From positions 37,696,001 to 37,760,000 of the forward strand of contig NC_043015.1 of assembly GCF_006345805.1 (NCBI RefSeq): DNA of 64,000 nucleotides, read 5' to 3'. Position numbers and translations under genes: made by a program. This document shows, piece by piece, positions 39,158 through 52,482 of the stretch (the first letter of the stretch is position 1; the number at the start of each line of letters is the position of its first letter). This DNA is from Octopus sinensis. Taxonomy: Eukaryota. The notes under the pieces were generated by a model. That model searched no databases. It was not told the origin of the DNA and saw only the letters and a list, made by a program, of their open reading frames with translations.

Positions 39158-40629
39158 TATAATATATATATAAAGATATATATATATATATATCAACGAT
39201 AAGTATTCAGAATTTCACTTGATTCAAAAAATCATCAACCGCACTGAATTTTCCTCTGACCTGTTATATCCTTTATGTAACACTCAGCCAGAATCTCCAT
39301 GGCAACATCGATAACACCTGGCCTTTGAATTTCTATAATAGTGCTTCCTGTAGGCTTCTGCATAGTTTCTGTCTATACAAATCTTTGTAAGGCTTTTGTC
39401 GACTCAAGGTTGTGATAAAATAAGAAAAACCTAGTGTTGCTATGAAGCAGAATCATGGAATTGAAGTCAAGACTGTTTTTACATAAATCTGCACTCTGTA
39501 ATTATTCATCTATGTAATTATTCAGAACGTATCATTACTATTATTTCCATATGTAATACAGTCTCTGTTATTCCTCTAATTCAAAATGCATTTTAATACC
39601 TTAAAATTTTGATACCTCACCTACTGCTACGTCTACACCAGCATCAGTTTAATTTTCGTCTTACGTTGTCAAGAATAATGAGACCTAACAAAGTTGAAAT
39701 CCTAATCTTCCTGCCACCAGTACAGCATTTTCTCATAATTTCATTAAGCGAAACCCTACAAATACATTAATATCTTCCTCGATTTAAACCTATCATTTCT
39801 ATCTTTTAAATTATCTTAAATGTTCCTGCGGGTTTTTTTGTCTCATTTTCGTTTTGTGGTTCCTGTTTTTGTTGATTTGTCTTCTTCCTTTTGTTGTTTT
39901 TTTTCTTCTTCGTGTGAATATTATCGTAACTGGCAACTGGTTAAGACGATTGACATTTGGCACCTGTAATGAGGAATTCTTATCAATTTGACATTCAGGA
40001 AAATAATTCGTTTTTGCTCGACACTGTTGAACTGTACTTTTTAAATGATGTCTTGTGAGTTGAGAAATTAATTGATGCTAGAGAATGCGAAGAAAGTGAT
40101 GAAGAGGAATCCAAAAGCACAGTCCTCGGGGACATGGTAGCGTAATAATAATGTTGATATCTAGGCTTTGCAGTTCACGTAATTGCAAAGACAAATAAAT
40201 AGTGGAGAAGGACGGGCAGCAGTAGGCGAAATCGAACGCTGATTGTTTCAAGATATTCGTTAAACTGATTTTACGGACAAAAGGACAAACGGGAATACAT
40301 TAGTTATAAGACCCTCATACACGAACAACCCCCACCACACACACACACACACAAATTCTTGTGTCCAAGAGAATAATTTTGTTATTATCGTTGAACTGGT
40401 GTACAATCGGTTTTTATACTGGTGCCGTATTATTACATATGGTGATCAAATATTTTTGTTATTTTATTATGGTTGTAGAATATATTGGTTTAATATTGCA
40501 TTAAATCGTTATCAGGGCAGCATTGTTCTTGTATTCATTGGTGACATATCGTTGTTTATACTGGTGTAATATTATTGTTTCTGTTGATATGGATTCAATA
40601 CAGTAGCTTGAATGGTGCAATACGATCAT

Positions 40630-40810
40630 CGCTTACGCGCTTAGCGCCATTTTGTCCGCCCTTATAATCTGTGTTCAAACTCCACCGAGGTCGACTTTGC
40701 CTTTCATCCTTTCAGGGTTGATGCAACAAGTACCATTTGCGTACTGGGGTCCATATAATCGTCTTAGCCCCCGAAATTGATGGCCTTGTGCCAAAATCTG
40801 AAAGCATTAT
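40630..40810 (+). mobile_element. Family 1 SINE
   Basis: gtgttcaaactccaccgaggtcgactttgcctttcatcctttc...ggccttgtgccaaaatctgaaa. Confidence 0.8.
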
Positions 40811-41329
40811 CATTGTTGTTTATATTCCTATAATACTGTTGTTGACATTTCTGCAATATTTCAGTTGTTATTGAGTATCATGACGCAATATTCTCGATGT
40901 GGTTTATACTAATGCAACATGCTAGTTGTTGTAACTGTTTATATTACCGCAGTATTCTTGCTGTTGCTGTTGTTGTTATTGCTTATATTGATGCGATATT
41001 GTTATTGTATATTTTGGTGCAATATTGTGCTTCTTGTGTTGTTTACATCCGTGAAACATTGTTATTTTCTCAATTATATTAACGTCAAATCGTTCCTGTT
41101 TATTATTGCAGATTATTTTTCTCCCTACAATATTGTTGTTGTTGTTGTTGCTATTCTGAATTCTCCCTTTTGTTATTAATACATTCCATTCAACCATTAC
41201 CCTTCGCCTTGCCACCATGTTGTGCTTTCTGCTGTAATTATTCTTCTTCGTGTTGTTGACGTGGCTGTTTCCTTGATTATCTTTCTATAGGCACCTTCTG
41301 TTCTCAATAACACTAACACTACCGGAGCA

Positions 41330-41343
41330 GCAGCAGCAGCAAC

Positions 41344-41380
<37 letters not shown>

Positions 41381-41381
41381 T

Positions 41382-41415
<34 letters not shown>

Positions 41416-41517
41416 CACTGTTTTTGCTATTTCTATTATCATTATTACTATTGTTATTTAGCATTTATTTTCATTTTATATTCATCAACATCATTGGCAT
41501 CATCATCATCGTCGTCG

Positions 41518-41548
<31 letters not shown>

Positions 41549-41610
41549 TATTATCATCATCATCATCATCATCACATCATCATCATCATCATCATCATTA
41601 TCATCATCTT
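41330..41610. repeat. Compound (GCA)/(GTA)n and (CAT)n microsatellites
   Basis: Direct inspection. Confidence 0.9.
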
Positions 41611-42309
41611 CCTTCTATCTTAATCACTATTTTTTCCTTGATCTTGTACTTAACCTCCAGAGTTTACCGCAGATAATCACTGAACTGTTGTCGGTATTAG
41701 TTCTGTGTGTATATATAGGTATGTATATAGAAATGTGTATGTGTGTATGTATATATATATACATATATTTATGTGTGTGTGTATATATATGTCTATGTGT
41801 TTATATATATGTATATGTGTTTATATATATATATATATATATATTTATTTATCTATTTATTTATGTGTGTGTGTGTATATATATGTATATGTGCGTGTAT
41901 ATACACACACGCACATCTTATGCTGCCTTTTTTCACTCCTTTGTTGTTGAGGTTTTCATTCTGCTTACCATTTTGCTTCTGTTTTTTTTTTTAATTACTC
42001 TTTGTATTTTTGTATTCTTGGCCTCTTTTGAAGTTCATTGTTCCTTGTATTTTTCTAGGGTTTGTTTTTTTCAGGCTGTTGTCCTTTTATTTTTTCCCTC
42101 TATCCTATAATTGTTATCGATATTATTTCTATTAACTCTGTTCATGCGGTTGTTTGTTGTTGTTGTTGTTGTTGTTGTTAGTTTTCATATCGTTTTCTTC
42201 TTTTGTTCCTATTCTTGCCTTTACTGGTGTTGCACTTATTATTTTTACCATTATTATTATTATTATTATTATTATTATCATTATTATTACTTTTTTTTTC
42301 TTCTTTCAA

Positions 42310-43005
42310 ATTTGCTTCCATTTCTTGCCGAGTGTCTTCCCGACTCCTAGGGCAAAGAAACTCATAGTATACATTGGTAGGCCATTAAACCAATCTCAAT
42401 AGTTCATTAATTTTTTTTTTTCTAAGTTAAATTAAAATACATGAGCAGCAACAGTTCTCACATCGACAATGCTCTTCTCAATACGTGTGATGTACCAGTT
42501 AAGACAATCTTTTGCACTTCTTGCAGGGATGGTAAGCCAGGGATCATTCTCATATAATTTTCGGTTCCCTTCTTGATCATTCCTAGTGCTCCTACGATCA
42601 CTGGTATTGTAACCGCCTTGAGATGCCACATTTTCTCAATTTCAATGAGTAGGTCTTTATATTTTCTGAGCTTGTCAAACTCTTTCGCTGAGATATTATG
42701 ATCACAGGGGATGCTCATGTCGATCAATAAGCAAACTTTATTGTTTTGGTCTTTCACAACAATATCTGGTTTATTGGCCTTGATGGTTCGGTCTGTATGT
42801 ACTGGAAAGTCCCACAGAATGGTTATATTTTCTCCTTCAGTTACAGCCTCAGGGTGGTGATTATACCACTTGTCGGCAGTTTTGATATTGTAATGCCGAC
42901 TTATTAGCCAGTGGAGATATTGGCCAACTCTGTCATGTCTTAATTTATACTCCACTGGAGCTAAGACTTTACATCCAGAGATTAGGTGGTCCACTGTTTC
43001 AATCA
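42310..43005 (-). mobile_element. 5'-truncated R4/Dong-like LINE: CCHC knuckle end plus restriction-like endonuclease, open frame, with 3' UTR
   Basis: ETVDHLISGC...RHDRV...WDFPVHTDRTIKANKPDIVVKD...LLIDMSIP...KLRKYKDL...VIVGALG (ORF 42458-43006). Flanked by (ATT)n on both sides. Confidence 0.92.
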
Positions 43006-43039
43006 TTATTATTATTACTATTATTATTATTATTATTAT

Positions 43040-43490
43040 TCAGTAGTTTTATTTTTATTTTTATAGCGTGCTTTCACTTCACTACCGAGCGCAGCTCTGT
43101 GTGCCTTGGGTATGTGCTGTGATTTGTTGTGATGCTCTGATGGTTATTGTATGGAAAGTGTTCTGCGTAGGGTGTGTGCATTTCCTAGTAGTGCAATTTT
43201 CTGTATGTTATATGTGTTTGTAAGTCCTGGTGTTTTTGTTATGTATTTGTCTGAATATTTTTTTATCATGCCTAATGCACCTACTATGATAGGAATTGTT
43301 TCTGTTTTCAGGTTCCACATTCTAGTTATCTCTATTTCCAGGTCTTTGTATTTTGAGAGTTTCTCCATTTCTTTTAGAGACACGTTGTCATCTGCCGGTA
43401 TTGATACATCAATTAGAAAGCATTTTTTTCTGTTGGCCTTAATTTCTCTATCTGTGTGTATCGGCATATCCCAGAGTATGGTTGCTTTCT
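43040..43490 (-). mobile_element. Second R4/Dong-like LINE 3' end of a different subfamily; PDIV motif deleted
   Basis: PIHTDREIKANR|KKCFLIDVSIPADDNVSLKEMEKLSKYKDLEIEI...IIVGALG. Its 3' UTR is shared with 51958-52040. Confidence 0.9.
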
Positions 43491-43513
43491 CGTTATCATT
43501 ATTATTATTGTTA

Positions 43514-43550
<37 letters not shown>

Positions 43551-43551
43551 G

Positions 43552-43588
<37 letters not shown>

Positions 43589-43637
43589 TATTATTATCAT
43601 CATCATCATCATCGTCGTCGTCATCATCTTCATCATC

Positions 43638-43669
<32 letters not shown>

Positions 43670-44303
43670 CATCAACCATCATCATTGTCAACATTATTAT
43701 CATCATCATCATCATCATCATCGTCATCCTTGTTGCTGTTGTTGTTATTTACGGTCGTGATGTTATTTTGCGTTACTTTCGCGTTGTTCTTCCTGCAGTC
43801 GATGCCTTCTTCAAAATGTTGTTGCTGCTACAGTTGCTGGTGTACTGGGAAGGGATTTCCTCTCCTTGATTCTGTTACCGATGCCATTTAATGCCTTTTG
43901 TTGTTGACGCTGTAACTGCTGTTGCGCTCATCTTCCTGTTTTTGATGTTGAGCTTTATTTTCTCCATTTTTATGGTTCTTCCCTGTGTTGTTGTTGTTGT
44001 TGTCACGAATACAGTTGTTGTTTGTTGCTTTTGTCTTTGTTGTTGTAATTAACTTAAGTGAGTCGTCTTGCTTTCGGGTTTTGGCTAAGAGGCACTGAAC
44101 GAGTTTTATGACGTATAATTAAGACAAACCCTCAACTTCTCAGGACAATGAAACGGGGAGGGACGAAGTGGGGGGAGGAGGACACGATAAAGAGAAAGAG
44201 GAGGAAGAAATGAGTCGGTCGGTGAAGAGAAAGAGGGAAAGAGAAAAATGAGGGAGGATTATAGAGGCGGCAACTGATAATATCATGGGAAGAGAAAAGT
44301 TAA

Positions 44304-44337
<34 letters not shown>

Positions 44338-44471
44338 AGAGAGAGAGAGAGAGAGAGGGACTGAGCCATATATGAGAAAAGGCTGATAAGGGGAAGATTT
44401 AAAAAATGCAAATGCAAGAGAAATACAAGGTTACTGAGAGAGAGCAGAGAGAGAATGAGAGTGTATGTATG

Positions 44472-44527
<56 letters not shown>

Positions 44528-44830
44528 ATGAATATATAATGTGTGTGTACATGTGTAAACATACGCACTTCAACAACCTGTTGCGGTAACCTAACAAATA
44601 TAAATTATGCATTTATTGATAACATTATCACTTCGTGTATATAATACCAGTGTGTGTATGTGTGTATTCGTGTGTGTGTGTGTACTTTTATATGCACATA
44701 CATTTATAAATATATATATGTGCGTGTGAGTGCGCATGTTATAAGTGTGTGTGTATATATATATATATATATAAACTCATGCACACACACATATCTACAT
44801 ATTTATATACATAAATATATATATATATAT

Positions 44831-44950
44831 TGGCCTGCTCGCTTAGCCAGCGGGGTGGCCGTCATTTGAAGGCTAAAACAATGCGGAGCGCATTGTGACC
44901 AGCGATGTGTAACAACATCTGATGGTCTGGTCGGTCACGTGATCACGTGA
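44831..44950. repeat. GC-rich about 120-bp island between (TA)n tracts, ending in tandem CACGTG; probably a dispersed repeat
   Basis: tggcctgctcgcttagccagcgggg...ggtcacgtgatcacgtga. It is single-copy in this window. Confidence 0.4.
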
Positions 44951-44962
44951 TATATATATATA

Positions 44963-45050
<88 letters not shown>

Positions 45051-45053
<3 letters not shown>

Positions 45054-46075
45054 CAATAAAAATGGTAAATAATTTTCCTGTGGTTTTTCATGTAACCAAC
45101 ATTATTTACCGGTAAATTTCGGTATGTAAATACGACAAAATAATTGTCAAGACCTTTGTAAGGTTCAGTATATAGTAAAGAAAAATAAGTTGGCTAGAAG
45201 CAAGCTGTTCCGCCTCATACCGAAGGAATTAGAAATGGCAGTCAAAGACCGTTTTTTCCATTTCTATAAGTGGTAGATTCAAAAAACGAAGGCCCTTGCG
45301 GCTCACATACACAAAACCGGAGTGGCAAATATACGAATTCAGTCACTTACCGTTAATAGCGAACACGGTGTTTCTGGATCACAAACATATAAAAAAAGGG
45401 GAGTTTGAATTCCGTCATCAGCGCTATATTCGATAGCTTTATCAAATGCCACCAGCCCTCACTTCTGACCCCGCGACATCAGATAGTGGGGGGAAGTGCG
45501 CAGATGTTAAAACCAAGTAACGACTGGGAACGTAAATTTTCCCTCCAAAATTCTAATTATTTTGTCGTATTTACATACCGAAATTTACCGGTAAATAATT
45601 GTTGGTTACATGAAAAACCACAGGAAAATTATTTACCATTTTTATTGTATTACCATGTGGATTCCTCATTCCATTACGATTACCCAGAAGGCGCGCATGG
45701 CAGAATTTTGGAGGGAAAATTTACGTTCCCAGTCGTTACTTGGTTTTAACATCTGCGCACTTCCCCCCACTATCTGATGTCGCGGGGTCAGAAGTGAGGG
45801 CTGGTGGCATTTGATAAAGCTATCGAATATAGCGCTGATGACGGAATTCAAACTCCCCTTTTTTTTATTTTTGTGATCCAGAAACACCGTGTTCGCTATT
45901 AACGGTAAGTGACTGAATTCGTATATTTGCCACTCCGGTTTTGTGTATGTGAGCCGCAAGGCCTTCGTTTTTTGAATCTCCACTTATAGAAATGGAAAAA
46001 ACGGTCTTTGACTGCCATTTCTAATTCCTTCGGTATGAGGCGAAACAGCTTGCTGCTAGCCAACTTATTTTTCTT

Positions 46076-46084
<9 letters not shown>
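45051..46084. repeat. Interleaved inverted duplications A(45051-45145) B(45169-45554) A'(45555-45650) spacer B'(45702-46084)
   Basis: A' and B' are near-identical reverse complements of A and B, with only a handful of mostly single-base indel differences. (TA)n at both ends. Confidence 0.95.
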
Positions 46085-46143
<59 letters not shown>

Positions 46144-46331
46144 ATATATGAATATATAATGTGCGTGTATCTGTACACATACGCACTTGAAGAGATTATT
46201 GCACTAACAGTGTTAACTTAATAAATATGAAATTTGCATTTATTTTCGTGTATATAATCCATGTGTGTGTGTTATGTGAGTGCGCATGTTCTATGTGTGC
46301 ACATATAAAATCATAAACACACATAATATCT

Positions 46332-46388
<57 letters not shown>

Positions 46389-46661
46389 TACACACGCTGC
46401 ATGAAGTGTTCGTTTCTTTTTTGTCTTCTGCAATTTTATGAAGAATCTTCCTCCGTTTGGCTGTTTTTCTCTCAACAAAACGGAAAGCTGCATTATGGAA
46501 CAGTCATTTTAACGAGATATTTTATCTATTTATCACCCGACGAGATACGTCTGCACCACCGGATACTCCTGAACCAGTTTTCTGTGTCCCAGAAGAGGAG
46601 ACGATGTTAGATGTGTGATTAATAATGTATTCTCGTATATCCCATATTCTGCCTTTCATTT

Positions 46662-46710
<49 letters not shown>

Positions 46711-47315
46711 TATATATAATATATATATAATATATATAGGGGGGGCGTGCGTGTGTGTATGTATGTATACATATACATGTTTGCATGTATTTCGATATAT
46801 ATTCAAATATACATACATGAAGGAAACAGTGTTGGAGTAATAAGGTTAACAACAACATCACCAAGAAAAATAACAGCCGTAATAGCAAGAAAAGGGATAT
46901 CAACGTGAAGAATTTCATCGAAATCAATAAAACGAAGAAAAACCACGTTAACCAACAACATCAATATTGATCATAAGACCAACAACAGCAGCAACTTCCA
47001 ATAATGAGGACAGCAAAGATGAAGAGGAAAATGTAATAACAACATCAACAGAATAAACAACAGACATATAACTTGGGGACTATTAAATAATGTGTGTGTG
47101 TGTGAGTGTGTCTGTTCGGGTATAGGTGTACTTTTGTCGGCTGAGTTGACATGTACGTATATCCGTATATATATACATATATATATAATAGAAATATTAA
47201 CATTTCTAAATCACTCTAAAGGAGACTACGGCAGTGGTACTGGAGAATAGTCATCGACAAGCTCTAACATGGCAGTCCAGGAAAATAGGACGAATGCTGC
47301 CGTTGATTAGCTCCC

Positions 47316-47490
47316 TCCTGCTCTCTCTGCCCTTCTCTATACATCGGGAAAACGGGACGCCGCTTGCTTAGCTGAGCGGTTCGCAGAACACCTCTGAGAC
47401 ATCCGACTCGGCAATGACACCCCGGTCTCGCGCCATTGGCACTCTACCGGTCACTCTTTGGAACACCTGACAGGTATTGCTCTCCCAGTC
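47316..47490 (+). mobile_element. Penelope-like (Neptune-type) GIY-YIG endonuclease fragment
   Basis: SCSLCPSLYIGKTGRRL, then a 4-nt duplication frameshift, then LAERFAEHL*DIRLGNDTPVSRHWHSTGHS. Confidence 0.8.
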
Positions 47491-48789
47491 GGTCTCCTGC
47501 ATATCACAAGCCTTTAAGGAGAACTTGACACGTACACGGATATATGTACATGTAGACAAATTTGAAGCCATCAAGTTTGCTGTCCACTTATGGGATTTGA
47601 AGAGGAATTGCACACCACATATAATAAAGTGGAGAAACACAGAGACATCCTATATATATATATGTCAATGGAACTCAGAAATACTGTTTGTGCATATCCC
47701 GAGTATCATATATTATTTTTAGATCTAAGAATTCTACCGCACTGCTGAATTCTAGATCCGAAATTTTCAGCATATTCTTTCGGCAAACCTGAAGCAAGTT
47801 CTTCCGGCAATCCCTATTCAGATTGACCAGCTGTGGCATTATTCTGCAATAGCTTGCTTATTTATGACTTAAGTTCAAAAGGGAGATAAATTTAATTTAT
47901 TCCTTTTCTGTTTTCCCGTTTCTACTCATCTTTCCTCGTTTTGCATCCATCTTCTTCTCAACTTGTCCCGTGATTTCTCTAGTACTAGCGACCTGATTTG
48001 CAAATTGAATAGACCATCTGCTCAAAGACCGAAATTGCTTTCAGATGTCTTATAAAATCTGCCATAGCTCAGCGTCTGAGAAGCAAAATTCTAATAGTAG
48101 CTCATATCAATAAACTGTGTGCATTCAGGCACACACACCAACACCCACATATATATATATATATGTCCATATATATATATATATATATAACGTATATGAT
48201 TTAAGTTATAGCACGACAAATTCAATCATATTTTTACTTATGAAACATATGATTGAATTTATCAAACTTCGTTCTATAAATGAAATTCTATATTTAATAT
48301 ACTTATATAACTTTTCATATCTGCGCCATTTTACACCAGTAAATCCAAAGTAAAGTATGAAGAATCAACGTTAGAAATCTTTTGGAATCTACTCCAATCA
48401 TGGGACGTATGTATATGCTAACCTATATATGTGTGTTTTCCCCTTGCTTACAATTAACACGGTAAAAATAGATAAACAGTTAACATGGCAGCAAAATATC
48501 ACACAAGTAAAAAGGGCGTAACACCTTGTTTTTAAAAATAGAAACACCGGGTTTATGTGAAATAATTTGCATAATATATGTAAATAAATAGATGGAGTTA
48601 AACCCAGGTGTTATTCCAACTCTTTTACTTCCGACACATGTTTCGAAAATATCATTGGTATTCCAAATGAATAAAATAGTGTAAAAAGTGTAATCTTCTC
48701 TTCGGGGAAATGAAGAAATTAAACTCGTCAATAAGACATTTTAAAAGAATATGATGGATATTATAGTGATGAACTGAACGCTATTAAGT

Positions 48790-49140
48790 TTTAAAAAACG
48801 TTAGAAGACGGCCACTTATGCGACACTTTCAAAGATGCCTGTTCCAAACGGATACAGATGATCAATAAGATAATGCACATGAAGAGGCCTCTCTGTGTTG
48901 TTCCCCGGACAAACTCCGACACATTTTCGCAATAATGCTGGTTTTCTGAACCCCGACTGACGCACATTCGCTCTGGAATAAATACAAAAACCCAATGTGC
49001 CATGACATGTTCCTGCAGATTCGCCAAAGCACAGGCAGCGTTGACACTCCCACCACTCCTGCCATTTAGAACGGAGGGCTTCTTCTCTTGGAAACTCGCT
49101 TTTAGTAATTGGAGGTCAACGATTGGACACTTATTGTCTC
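48790..49140 (+). mobile_element. Helitron RepHel fragment (region upstream of the helicase)
   Basis: TLEDGHLCDTFKDACSKR, frameshift, DDQ*DNAHEEASLCCSPDKLRHIFAIMLVF*TPTDAHSLWNKYKNPMCHD, then later IGGQRLDTY. Confidence 0.75.
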
Positions 49141-50679
49141 AACACTCCAGACAGAAATACACACACACACACACACATATATATATTCTATTTATCTAAA
49201 TGGCACAATACATATAGTAAAGCGCAACTAATCGTTTCATATTCTTCAGGCGCAAACAACATATCCCAACGAACTAAAAAAAGATTGAATAATAAAAGAA
49301 ACGCGAAAAAACTTAGAAGGCAATATATAGAAAATGCAGACAGTAAACAACGGAAAACGAAAAACGGGTAGCAAAGACACAAAAACTAAGTTTAAAAAAG
49401 AAAAAGTAAAAAGGTAAAAGAGTTATCTCCCTTAGACCTTAAATGATGAGGCAAGAAAGATATCAAGTCAGTCAGGAATAGGCGGAATTTTCCAATTCTT
49501 CAGAATATTATTTATAAATATGCATGTAACCACTGGAAATTTCTCACCGAGAATGGAATAGAGAGTCTGGGATCTTAGATCTAAACAGGATCTGCGTTCT
49601 TTCAGCCAAACAAAGTCTACATTTATTCGATCCATTCCCATAAGGTCTGGATTTCTCAATTACTATCCATTTAATCATACATGATGTTTCGTTATCATTC
49701 AAAGTCCACACATAGTCAGCCAACTTAGTAGCTTTACTTTAATCCCTGTGTTGGAAGGCGGTTATATGATTGGTACAATGATTATTAAGTTCACCTTCAC
49801 ATAATCCAATACAAGTCTTATCAGTTGCATTATTATTTAGGGTTGCAGTAACTTCTGCTAAAAATAGTTGCTGCTTCTTCCTCAAATCACACTATGATGC
49901 CTTATAAGGGAATGCAATGAAGACTGACGTCACAGCCTGCTATGTTTTGTGCGTGGGAAGAAAAAAAGAAGAAATGAAGAAATGGTTGCGTTTAGAAATC
50001 TTTTCGTGGTTTCTTTCCATATCAACCATGCCTGGGGTTAAACAAATTATCCTCGCAAATTCACATTTATCTTACCAAAATTCAATTAGGTAAAATTGCT
50101 ACAACAACAGCAGTACCAGCAGCCACAGCAACAACAACAACAACAACAACAACTACTACTACTATTACTACTACTACTACTACAAGGACAAAGGTTTCCA
50201 ACGTACGAATTTGCGGATGTTTAATAAACCGCATTACGTCCATTGAACGAGACATCACGTGATTACATAAAAATGATTTACGTCTTCATCAGTCAGCGAT
50301 AAATCGCATTACTGCAAAGTGTGTGAAGTACTGTAAAGATTGTATCCTTCGGCAATACACTCAACTCAACTATCAACTCAATGTTTACGTGATCTCCACG
50401 TAGAAGTTCACGTCTTCAAATGTTTCGAGGCAAATCGTTGCATTTTATTTTAAAAGGAAATGTCTATATTAATAGCTCTGTCTCTCCTTCTCTCTTTCTT
50501 CTCTCTCTCTCTCTCTCTCTCCTCACTCTTATCACACACACACTTACACACACACATGCACAGACACACCCAATCTTTCTATCCTCAAAACTCAAAGATA
50601 GATAGATATAAACGCGTCTGCGTAAGTGTATATGAGTAGATGTATGAGTACTAAACCTATATAGACACACACAGAGATT

Positions 50680-50738
<59 letters not shown>

Positions 50739-51214
50739 ATGTGTGTGTGTGTGTGTATAGACACAAACATATATATATATATTCAGCTGAGTAACTACGA
50801 AAACCAGCCAGTAATAGGTGATTGTCTCCAATGTTTGAGAGTATAAATCACCATGAAAAAACTGAAGAATTATACAGTAACACTGTTCTATTAAAGCATT
50901 TATGTCGAAACATAAGTTTGTATTTTAATTTTCATATGCATACATGGATATTCAATAGATATTTTAAGAGCAATGCCATCCCTTTCATATTACTTTTCAT
51001 ATATGTGTATGTGTGTGTGTTAGGTCGTGCTGAGGAGCTCAGAAAGAGGACGAAATAGTACTACCCACGGCTACTACAGGCTTTAAAGATTTTATCTCAT
51101 GAATATTATAGAAAAAATCACATAGAAATATATGTATTTCATAATGATTTCCCAACATAAGAAAAATAAACTAAGAAATAATTCGCTCCCTTTAAGTAGC
51201 AGACTCCAAAAGAA

Positions 51215-51580
51215 ATCGCTCGCATTGACGATATTTTTCTGCTTCGGGCAATCCGAACATATTCCGATGATAATCGCAACACAGCAGCTGCTATAATCGA
51301 CAACTGATCTAAATACGAGGCACCCGGTTACTGGATGTTGTGTGTTGTTTGTGCAGGGCAGGTTGTGTTCTTCTCCTGGGTATCAGACTTATATGGCATA
51401 TTTGTGGGCTTTGTTCATTTTGTTGGGTTACTGTATGAATTTATTCCTGTATGTATGTTGCATAGTAGTCTGTATAAATCATAAATCAACCATTTCATAG
51501 TATTCATGGTTATCTGTCCATCGTTCTTTCGTTTTTATCTGGTTTTGCTATGGGACCGTCTTTACAGCGTTTACCTTTTG
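51215..51580 (-). mobile_element. Very old possible R4/Dong-like fragment (CCHC region)
   Basis: Minus strand TQHPVTGCLV...VAII resembles ETxxHIVSGCxxL...RH..VA.II. Weak. Confidence 0.35.
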
Positions 51581-51907
51581 ACAGAACACCGCCCATAGAC
51601 ACGTGTTGATGTTTCCCTCGCATTTATACTTATTATTAGTTCATAAGCGAGAGACCGAGAAGAAACAGCAGTGTGCATATATAGAGAGGTGTGGCATAAA
51701 CATGAATGTATATATAATTAAAATTTAAAATGGTTTACGTTAAAATATTGCTTTCTTTCATTGTGTTTGCGGATTCTCAGTTCCTGCTTTGCGATGGTTT
51801 CACATTTGATCTATCATCCCGGTAGCTCGCTGTCACATGTCCATGTTGTTTGCTATTCGCTGCGGTATTATTATTATTATTATCATTATTATTATTATTA
51901 TTATTAT

Positions 51908-51957
<50 letters not shown>

Positions 51958-52297
51958 TTCAGTAGTTCTATTTTTATAGCGTGCTTTTTACTTCACTACC
52001 GAGCGCAGCTCTGTGTGCCTTGGGTATGTGCTGTGGTTTGTCACCGGTTCGGACTTATTCCTGGTGGGGATTCTGTGGATAGCGGGTTACTACATGTGAT
52101 CTGAGGAATTCACAAGTTTTCAGCAGACTTCCAAGTGCTTAGAACCTTCCTGATAATCAATCCTTGCTCTCCCTAAGAGACAAACTTCCTGCAGGACCTC
52201 TACCGGGCATTCTATTTCAATGTCTTTCAGTCACTGGTCTATATCTTGCCTCACTGTTCCTAGCGCACCAATTATTATAGGCACGACATTTACTGTT
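51958..52297 (-). mobile_element. Two joined R4/Dong-like 3' ends between trinucleotide tracts
   Basis: 51958-52040 matches the 3' UTR at about 43040-43120. 52040-52297 encodes WRTVNVVPIIIGALGTVRQDIDQ*LKDIEIECPVEVLQEVCLLG. Confidence 0.75.
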
Positions 52298-52334
52298 CGC
52301 CAATTATTTATTATTCATTGTTATTATTATTATG

Positions 52335-52411
<77 letters not shown>

Positions 52412-52482
52412 CATTATTATTACTAATGCTATTATTATTAATTACCAATAAAGTAATAATAATAATAATTATCATTTTCATG

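Noticed and set aside
45666-45983. 105-aa ORF and its twin at 45405-45749
   Set aside because: No recognisable family. The near-duplication of the peptide is explained by the inverted repeat, and the copies differ by frameshifts.
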